64,000 nucleotides of DNA from Parasitella parasitica NRRL 2501 (taxonomy: Eukaryota > Fungi > Mucoromycota). A program made the position numbers and the translations under genes. Under the pieces are notes generated by a model. That model searched no databases. It was not told where the DNA came from and was given only the letters and a program-made list of their open reading frames with translations. Location of the stretch: assembly GCA_025201805.1 (NCBI GenBank), contig MU619369.1:4672-68671 (forward strand), given 5' to 3'. Positions 54,830 to 64,000 of the stretch are shown here, piece by piece; position 1 is the stretch's first letter, and each line of letters starts with the position of its first letter.

Positions 54830-55790
54830 TACACTCAAAATCACAGCTTTTTGCTGCTTACTCTGGGTAAAGACTTCATCTTTACGCGCAACACATCTGG
54901 GAGAAGAGAGGGCAGCTTTTGTGGATTCAGTAACCTATTTTGCTGCTTCGGATGTCTCTTGAATGGTATGCGATGGATGATAGTGTCATATTTCCCAGCG
55001 AAATCACCACAACATCACTGCTTTTTGCTGGTTACTCTGGATAGAAACACCACCCTTACACGAAATTGTAACAGTAAAGTTTGCTCTTCTGCTGCTTTCA
55101 AAAGAACTCGAAGGGGAATACCTACAAATCTTCACCGACAACACTACCACCGTTAAAGACGCTATGAGATCAGGCGGTACATCCTCAGTAGCCCTCCAAG
55201 ACCTCGCAATAGAGATCCAAGAGATCATCCTTCTGGACAACTTGCAGGTAAAGTTCCAACGCTTTGCGTTGTAATCTCACAGAAGACCAGGCATTATTCT
55301 TGGCAAACATTAATGATAAGAACTCATGTCGTTCAATTCTTCCCTCAACTGCTACCTCTTGATTAACCGCCCTGATGAAAGTCTCTGGAGTTGATACGAA
55401 TGTGTTCAAGGCCCACTCCTTAAGGTTTACTGCAAGCACAAAGGCAGTGCAAGGAGTGGTTGCCATCCAGACAATCAGAGAACATGGCAATTGGTCACAA
55501 TCTGCAAATACTTTCGAACAGTATTATGATAGACCATCCGAACAACACGCACGTGGATCATTAATTACAAAACAATTCTCTAATGATGCAGAGAACAGAG
55601 CCACATCGGAAGTCGGAGTGGAGGCAACCTCAATTGTGTTAGGAACGACACACAATGGTGCTGTTGTCGAAACGAAGACAGAGGATGTGGTGGGGTCCTG
55701 TTGCAAGAAATTATGGAAATTGCTATCTTTTAAATAAGTTTATCAGCTAATTTCTCTCCCTCATACCACCAATCCATCAAAAGAGTTGCG
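54830..55790 (+). mobile_element. Degenerate DIRS-type (tyrosine recombinase) retrotransposon remnant
   Basis: RNase H-like segment EIVTVKFALLL...LQIFTDNTTTVK..MRSGGTSSVALQDLAIEIQE, then a YR C-terminus GVDTNVFKAHSLR.TASTKAV....I..I..HGNWS..ANTFEQYYDRP. Stops and an internal deletion are present. Confidence 0.8.
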
Positions 55791-56093
55791 TGCTTGGTTT
55801 TAGTCATAAACAGGAGATAGTATTACAAGTTTTGTTAATTAATATATGGAAAATAAAACGTGGCTTGAAGGCCTGTAACTACATCCTCTGTCTTTGTTTT
55901 GGCAATAGTACCATTTTGTTAGATGCTTGGAAGACTAGAACGATGAGATCTGCGCATTTTTGCGCAATATTTTACATTTGGCTGGTGTTGTGTCACAATA
56001 AGCTTTTCTGGAGGAACCGAATTTCCAGTTTGTCATGTAAAAAGGTAACCTGGGAAAACCAGGCTCTCTTTATATTCTTTATCAGTAGAAAAT

Positions 56094-57497
56094 ATGTCGA
56101 CACCTGCTACCAAGGTTAATTTTAGAGAAAACAAAAACGAAGGAATAGTAGAACAGATACAAGATGTGGATTTCGCATTGAAGATGAGGAATGCAGTTGA
56201 TGTGCAGTTAATTGATACTAACCTCTACATGAGCAAAGAGTTGTGGCTGCCTTGGGGGGCAAGAGGAGCGTTTGGTGGGCAAGTAAGTTAATGTGTAAAA
56301 CGAACCATAACAACGGCATTTGATATATTTATAATATTCTAGGTTGTGGCTCAAGCATTGAGAGCTGCTTGGGATACCGTAGACGAAGACTTCTTTGTTC
56401 ATGTAAACCATACAATTTACTCTGGTCACTCAACACTAACATTTGGCTATGACCATAGTCCCTCCATGCTTATTTTATATTGGCTTGCAGTGTTGAGATA
56501 CCAGTGATTTACAGCATTCAGCGAATAAGAGAAGGAAAATCATATGCCACTCGTACTGTAACGGCAACGCAAAAGGGAAAAGCCATCTTTATCTGCAGTT
56601 GTAGTTTTGTTAAGGCTGATGATTCAGTTACATTAAGTCATCAAGTGAGTTGTGGATTTGGAAACAAATATGCGAGCTGACGATATACTAGACGCTTATG
56701 CCTCAAACGGTAGATCCGGAGACATTGACTTCGTAAGATTTTGTATATAGTCGCTTTTTTCACTTGAAAAGTGCCTAACATAACGATTTAGTGACATTGA
56801 AGTATTGAAAAACACTTTGGCTATCACTGAGAGTATTTCTGAGAATGTGAAAAAGACGACCCAAAAGAGATTAGAGGAGGTGTGTGTACCATCAAGTCTG
56901 ATAGCCCAATTTCATAATGACATCTTTAAACAGGACCTAGCCATTGACTCCCGTGCAGTTAAAACGCTATCACCGCAACAAGTGATTACAGGTAGAGTGG
57001 AACCCAGCCCTCACAGTGTAAGTTTCTTTTTCCAATATGCAACAAGCGTGTGGTTTACTAATGGCTGCACTTGTGAACAGCAACGTTGGTTTAAAACCAG
57101 AGGATCGCTGAACGATGATATGAAGCTTCATGCTTGCATCATTGCATATGCATCTGATAGTGGGTTTATTACCACTGCTGCCGCTGCTCATGGCCATCTT
57201 ATTAATTCAAGAGGCCTTGGTATGCTTGCCTCACTAGATCATAGTATATGGTTCCATTATCCAGCAGCCAGAGCAGATACATGGCTGTTGTATGACGTTC
57301 AAAGTCCTCAAGCTGACAACGGAAGAGCCATAGTTTTCGGCAAGATCTACAGCCAAAACGGTACTTTGGTAGCGACAACTGCACAAGAAGGTATTTTACG
57401 TATTTCTCAGCGTGAGCAAGAAAAAAGAAAGAAGGCTGCTGCTGCTGCTGATGCTGCTGCTGCTGCTGCTACAAACTTAACAAAGAGCAAACTCTAG
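56094..57497 (+). CDS. TES1: Peroxisomal acyl-CoA thioesterase II (Tes1/ACOT8)
   Basis: GARGAFGGQVVAQAL; HSLHAYFIL; IREGKSYATRTV; AYASD; ASLDHSIWFH; QEGILR; C-terminal PTS1 SKL. Confidence 0.92.
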
Positions 57498-57885
57498 ATT
57501 GAATGAATTGTCACTACATTTTGTTAGAATAAAGCGATTTATTTTTTACTGTCATACCTCGCAGATTTTATCGCAGCCATTGCCAAACCTCCAGCATGAC
57601 AGACTACAAACCAAATTGGCTGTGTGTCTGTCCCTATCACAGTTTTCAGTCATTTCGTTGAAATCCAACTAATTTAATCACAAACGGTACGTATGTTCAA
57701 GAGGAAAGATAAAGGGAAAGTTATGTATCGTATAAGTCAGTGTTCCTTGAGTCTGTGTGCACTCAAGCAGCAATCAGCTCGAAACCTGCCAATTTACCCC
57801 TGGATTTCTTGCTTTATTCAAAAATACAAGCAAAGGGCATCATCTGTTCTTTTAAAAAAATGAATATGAGGCCTCAAAAATTCAA

Positions 57886-59910
57886 CTAGTCCCTCATTTT
57901 CACGTTCTCGTCAATATCTTTCTGCTGCTCCTGGTGCTGGCTATCAGCTACTTCGTCATTTATGCCATCGGATTCGTCTTCGTCGTCGAACTCCTCAAAA
58001 GCGTCAATCACATCCAAGTTTGTATCGTCTTCCAGGTCGTTCGCCATACTCTTATTTACAGATGCCAGCTGCTCGATGTATTCATCTGCCACTTGTTGTA
58101 ACCGTTTGCTTGAGCCCTCATCGTGACCCATTGCATGAATAGCTTCTCTTGCTGGCTTTTCAAAATCGGTGATCATTGAGCTATTGAGATCATCTTCCTC
58201 GTCGCCTTCTTCGTCTATAGTACTCTCTCGTCCAGAGGCAATTTCCTTGGCTATATCATCAGCTAATCCTTCTTCAATATTTTGGGCAGGTGCAGCACTT
58301 CCAGTATCTACCAATTCACCATACTTTAGTTTCAGTTTTTTTCTGAGGCGTTCAAATACACATTTGTAAAAAAATCCTCCATATTTCTATTTTGTGAGTG
58401 AGCAAAAGTGAGCGCGAAAGAGAGAGTGTGTCTATGTGTGTGTCTGTGTGCGTATTGAGAGAAGAAACTTACGGTTGAATACTGCTTGATATAGTCTTGG
58501 TTGTGAGTAATAGGCGTAAAATCAGGATCAGTAAGGTCGCATATTTGATACATGCACGATGCGCCGGGTACGATTTTACCGTCGAAAACATGTTGATTGG
58601 GCATTTGTCTGCAGATATGGTTAATAGCTAGGGCATTGGCATATGACCTCAGCTTACCTGGGAACCTCAGATTTAGCTGTGCTACTAGCACGGGTTTTTC
58701 TATAGATGGCTCGTTTAGTCTGCCCCTCTTTGTAAATCCTTCTAATGTCAATTTGCTGATAGCTGATGTCTGATTAGCAGACAATATGGTTGGGTGATCT
58801 TAGGCGGCCTTACATGTAATATTTTGGGTTTGATTTAGGATTTATGCCATACTTGACCCAGCACTCTCGCCAAGGACCCGTTTGGAACGTATATGCTATA
58901 TGTACAAGTCCTTTGGTGATATATTTATGATATTTTGGGTCTAGGTTATTGCGAATCGCAAATCGTAACCAAATAGGGCGATCAACAAACAGATCAGCTA
59001 TTGCTTCAATTGCTTCCTTTTCGAGCTCTGTCGAAGGCCCCTTTACATTATGCCAAGATTTCGAAGGAATGTTCTCGTCATCGTACTTGATAGCTGTCAC
59101 TTCATGTCCATAGTATCTAGATCGGTTCAGCAGTTTGATTTTGTACTAATTTTTAACAACGAGTTAATGTGTATCTGCAATGGCAACGTGTCATTATAGT
59201 GCTTACCGATCCGTCAGGTTGTCTCACTCGTACTCGTAATACAGGTTGGTTTTGCTTGTAACCGTAGTTGAATGGTGCTTCGATGGGTGTAAATGTAGGA
59301 GGCGGAATATTGCGAAGGTTATCAAAATCATCATCGTCATCTGGCACCCTGTAATTTACAATTCTTTCCACTATTTATGACAGAATGAGCTGCATGTCCT
59401 ATGCGAATAATCAAAAATGCATTACCATCTCCCATATCCAATGCTTCCTTCAATTGACGAATTTTATCGTCTGCTGGTACAATGTACTGAAAATCGGCCA
59501 ATGCTGTAAATCATTATTAGCCATTTTTTCTGTCAAAAGAACTGGAATCTACGCTCACCTCTGAATCGTACAGTCTTTTCTACCGTCCCCAAGATTTGAA
59601 TTGTCCATGGCGCATCGCTATCATCTTGAACGATTTCTCCTGTTTTCTTGTTCTTCTTTACGCGCCTAGTTACCTTGGCCAGCAGCTTGCACGTATCTAA
59701 AAAGTCGCCATTGATGGGATGTGAGAAAATGTCTTTGGCCCTATATCTTAATTGCACTTGATCGTCGTTTGACAATGCTTCGCTCAGAATACTTTCTCCA
59801 CCCAGCGTCCTGATAGCACGGTCGGTTCTTTTCACAAAGCCTGGGTATTCGATACACAGAAATTTCTTTTTCTCGATGGGGATTAATGGACTTGGTTCAT
59901 GACCTGACAT
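57886..59910 (-). CDS. TFC1: TFIIIC subunit tau95 (Tfc1/Sfc1/GTF3C5)
   Basis: CIEYPGFVK..RAIRTLGG; FSHPING; RFRALADFQY; LF.DRPIW; AYTF..GPWR..WVKYG..P; acidic tail. Confidence 0.9.
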
Positions 59911-60089
59911 GTTGTGAAGTAACGCGGAAAGAAATGTTTGTGAGCAATTTTTTTCATCTTTACGGTCACTTGGTCATGCTTCCTAAAATTGCATCTGTGC
60001 AAGAACTGAAAGCCTAATTAGCGATTGTCTCTCTGAGTTGCAACCTACCAAGAGCTCCTTTTTCTCTTTCTATTTCTCATACCCAAGCC

Positions 60090-61252
60090 ATGCCGTCCAC
60101 TGAAGAACAAGTGCTTACGCTGGAAACAGCAACACTGATACCACCCAATGCTGCTGGACGAGCTGGCATATACACTGCAATTACACAAGATCCAGAGACA
60201 GGCATTTCATCTGTCGCAACTCAAAAAGAAAAAAGAGCTTGGTTTTGGACTAGCAATTCTTATGCATGGTCATTAACAACACTTGTGCTATTATTTCTGC
60301 TATTCACTGCTCTAGAATACGCTTTGATAAAGCTAAATTTACCAGCTATGAATTCGTAACGTTTGAATTATTTCCCTTTTCCCTTTTCTCTTTTTGACAA
60401 TATTAATGGCATAAATTTGTAGACATGATAGAGACGCTATTAAATTCCCAAGAAATCTGGACGATTTAAGGAAATTGAACGCTGTGCTATCCATCTACAT
60501 GGATAAACACTTTATTAATGTATATGTTACATTCGTCATAACATACATATAGTGAGTTTTTAGTAAATCATCCGGTTAATTGCTATTTGCATTTTTATTG
60601 AAAACTCTCAAAATTCAGTCTTCAAAGCTTTTCGATTCCTGGTTCCATGTGGTTGTCTATTCTCGGTGGCACATTGTTCGACTTTTGGCTCATATTATTT
60701 ACAGTATCTATGGTAAGTGTTCTCTTGTCAGCCCAATCAGCTAAATAATAATAATAATGCCTGTTATAAGTGTTCTGCTGTCGGTGCATCATTTGCCTAC
60801 ATCATTTCAAGAAGTCTTGCCTCTGTTGCCGTCATTAAACTCATGGGCGAAAGATTGAAAACGTGGAATGAACAAGTAAGCTGTCAATCTTATTATAGAT
60901 ATCAAGTGCCCATCTTCGTCTATTGTAGCTCGTGCAGCATAAGCAGCATATGATAAACTATATGATTGTCTTGAGGATATCGCCATTACCACCTAACTGG
61001 ACAGTTAACTTAGGATCGCCTCATCTAGGTGTACCTCTTGGCGCTTTCTTCTGGGGTACGTTTATAGGTGTTACCCCTCCTTCATTTATACATGTACAAG
61101 CTGGGGCTGCTTTGGATCGTTTGTCCTCGTCTGACAACCTAGAACTGTTAACTCCCATCAATGTGTTGTGTTTATTAGCCGTGGCTGTGGTTGCGTTAAT
61201 ACCTGTCTTTGTAAGAAGAAGATTTGAGAGTCCTCCTCCTATTTCCATTTAA
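60090..61252 (+). CDS. DedA/VTT-domain (SNARE-associated) membrane protein, TMEM41-like
   Basis: KFPRNLDDLREL; YIYLQSFSIPGSMWLSILGG.LF; LRISPLPPNW.VN..SP; FFWGTFIGV.PPSFIHV.AG. Confidence 0.9.
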
Positions 61253-62231
61253 AAATACCCCTTTCTTCATAATGTAACATATTCTCAGAGCATACCAGTA
61301 AACTTTTTTTTTCAAATTTGTAAGAATAAAAATAGTAACGAAGTATTTAGAAGAGGAAAGAGTGAAATAAGACGTTATGAGGGGAGAATAGCTTGCCTCG
61401 ATTAGAACTATAAAATTATTATGAACATCGCAGACAAGCCATACTTTCAGTTAAAAGAAAGTCAATATAATATGATATATAGGACATCTATATCCTGATC
61501 TTCAATTTGATCTTTTTCAAGAATGCTCACCACAGAAATGACACGCAAAAATGTGTTGAATGAATACATGCTCAGCACGAATAACCTTAGGATGGCATCT
61601 TCAGAGAGAAATTAAATAGGCTTTAATGACTCCTTGAAGAGCAACAAAAGCAAAGAATTGGAGATGCTAATCAGTCTTGAGATTTTAAGCAGATTCACGG
61701 ACAAGATGCTGGAGAAGGAGGTTACGGATCAAGAGCAGTAGACCTTTGGTTAGTTTGGTAACATTAGGCTTTTAACATGAATGCCAAGCGATACACAATG
61801 ACATAGTTATCGCTAGGGCTATTGATCCAGATAATGAGCAATATACCCTGTTTACAGGCTGTAAATCTAGAGCTATAAAGATGGCGCTGCTAGTCTGAAA
61901 TATGTCAGGTAGCATTACATATAAATATAATATTACCTTAAAATGTTACTGCCCAAGTTTCTTGAATTTCTGAAATTGTTTCAGAGTTTTTTGATACTAT
62001 GAGTGCATTTCAAGTAACTATAAATATTACTTGAATATAAAAAATATATATAGAGCTATAAGGTATTTCCTGAAGTCAGTTCTAATCAACTTCATGAACC
62101 TTGCAAGTAGACCGGCTCCAAAGCAATCCTTTAAACTCCTTGTAACTTATTTTGGAGTCACAACAGTTCAATTGCACTACTAATATCACGCAACTCGACA
62201 ATTTTTTCTTCTTTACAAATATTCAGCTTAA

Positions 62232-62842
62232 ATGGACCAAGAAGCACAAAAGAGGAAGGAACGTCTTGCTGCTATGCGAAAGAGAAAGCTGGGAAGCAAT
62301 GCCGAGACTGACCGCTTTACAGATGAAGTTGGAAAGTAAGAAGCGTGTAAAAAAAAAATCGATTTTTAACTAATTGCATTTGTTTGTATGAAATCAAAAG
62401 AACACTTAAATTTAGAAGTTACATACCTAGCGATGAGTTATTGAAAGAGCATGTTGATATTGCCACACCTAGCGATGTTGGGGATACATTAGAAACAGAA
62501 ACTAAAGATTTTACAAAAGAAACTCTGGCACAAGCTGCAGAAAAGCAAAAAGAAGAAGTGGTTAGTATAAAGAAACAATTATATATAAAAATACATTACC
62601 ATTAACCACTTATGACTATCAACAATAAGGATCTATTCAACCTGGCACCAAAGAAACCAAATTGGGATTTGAAAAGAGACGTCGAGAAAAAGTTGGAAAG
62701 ATTAGATCGTAAAACACAGCGTACCATTTATGAAATCATTCGCCAGCGATTACAAGGTGATAAAGACGCTACATTGGCAGAAAAAGTAGCCAATGCCGAA
62801 GCTGCCCAAAAGTTTGAATCCCAAAATCAACAAGACGAGTAA
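62232..62842 (+). CDS. cwf18: Splicing factor Cwf18/CCDC12
   Basis: RKERLAAMRKRK; LKFRSYIP; DLFNLAPKKPNWDLKRDVEKKLERL. Confidence 0.92.
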
Positions 62843-62917
62843 AGCAAGCAATTGTAAATAAAAATATATAATACACACGAGATTTATTACAAAATACTAT
62901 TACACGTATGAAGGATT

Positions 62918-63529
62918 TTAGTAATTAATACGAGCGAAATGTGGCCTTTGCAATCTAATTTCTGGAATATTACTATTGAACTTGGTGGAAACAACCATTG
63001 GGTTAAGGGTGGTTTTGATCTCATTTACGGAGATACCATGGTATATCAGTTCGTCTTTACCGTCATCATACACACTGTTTGGCAGCTTTGGTCTTGCTGT
63101 TGCACTTCTGGCCCAATTTGAGAGGCTAGTTGAGAATTGATCATTCCTCTTTTTTGACGATATTTTGTCGTATATAATAGATGCATTGCCGGAAAAAAAT
63201 GAATATATGCATTTACTATTCGACATCGATGATTTAATAGCTGCTGCGACTACATGCGACAACCTTTCCAATGTGATATCATTATTATCAGTAGATGAGC
63301 AATATAGTGAAGAGCTGTTGCTACTATCCGAGCAAGATGAATAACAAGTATGAGAAGCGCTACAGGTGTCAAAATCGGCCCCTTTAAATTCATTTTCAAA
63401 TATACTACATAGGGGAAGAGATGATGGTGACGAGTTTTTGATGATTTGCCAAAATTGCAAGCTAGTAGTGCGTGGTGGTGTCTCTAAATACGTATCCGGT
63501 TGTGTGTTCGATGTACGCATCAAAGCCAT
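62918..63529 (-). CDS. Hypothetical Ser-rich protein (~203 aa), intronless
   Basis: Open frame from ATG 63529 (MALMRTSNTQP...). The C-terminal LIYHGISVNEIKTTLNPMVV...LQRPHFARINY looks like a conserved motif; no domain recognised. Confidence 0.65.
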   Translation of the reverse strand: MALMRTSNTQPDTYLETPPRTTSLQFWQIIKNSSPSSLPLCSIFENEFKGADFDTCSASHTCYSSCSDSSNSSSLYCSSTDNNDITLERLSHVVAAAIKSSMSNSKCIYSFFSGNASIIYDKISSKKRNDQFSTSLSNWARSATARPKLPNSVYDDGKDELIYHGISVNEIKTTLNPMVVSTKFNSNIPEIRLQRPHFARINY

Positions 63530-64000
63530 ATCAATAGAATTGAAAAAAGAAAAGAAAAGAATAAAGATAAAAGGCAATAGCAAACACTAATCTGATAATT
63601 ATCTGATTTAGCTAAATATTAATGTAAGGAGGTGTTCCATTGATTACAAACTATTATAGTGTTGGAAATAATGAGTAACTATCAACATACGTCTCCCTAA
63701 TAACAATTCATGATTACTACCCGAATCAAGCGAGTTAGCCTAAGAATAACATCCACATACAATTGATCCAGTCAAATACATTCACTACAATGATTTGCAT
63801 TCTACTTTTAGATTCATCCAGCTCCCTCAAATTGATATAGACTACATATTTGCACAGTTAATAAAATGTACATTACAGATATATACTATATAAGATATAG
63901 GCTCGAGATGGCACCATTAGCATGATAACGGTATAGAATTATATTTGTATCTTGACATGAGCCTTTGACATTTACTAGATTTGGTATGTGCTACGAGCTT

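Noticed and set aside
61380-62100. Purine-rich, coding-like stretch between the TMEM41-like gene and cwf18
   Set aside because: Multiple stops and no recognisable homology; a pseudogene call is not supportable without a search.

Overview
Intron-rich fungal genomic DNA, low GC, with introns mostly 50-65 nt. Gene content and intron style suggest Mucorales (Mucor/Parasitella-like; inference). There is one assembly gap at ~27485-27744. About 28 protein genes are present. Housekeeping genes include two tandem PA-TM-RING E3 ligases, class III ADH, Bre1-like, Scs3/FIT, Ubp14, NDUFA1, Maf, a Gli-like zinc finger, a GCK-III Ste20 kinase, Ddi1, Spt23/Mga2-like, eIF3g, a USP12/46-type DUB, Hsp78, Guf1, Tes1, Tfc1, TMEM41-like and Cwf18. 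Transposon remains include a TIR element, a Helitron fragment and a DIRS fragment. The standout is a cluster of nine small secreted pre(pro)protein genes at 5.4-19.3 kb: five on the minus strand and four on the plus strand, all pointing away from an intervening ADH3-BRE1 pair. Most have a basic Kex2-type pro-region and an acidic C-terminus. The five minus-strand genes carry hydrophobic Xaa-Pro triplet repeats. One gene, after splicing, predicts a KR-released 10-residue two-cysteine peptide, GSDRCPWIRC. A second notable signal is an apparent single-nucleotide exon needed to keep Hsp78 in frame. All exon structures were inferred by eye.
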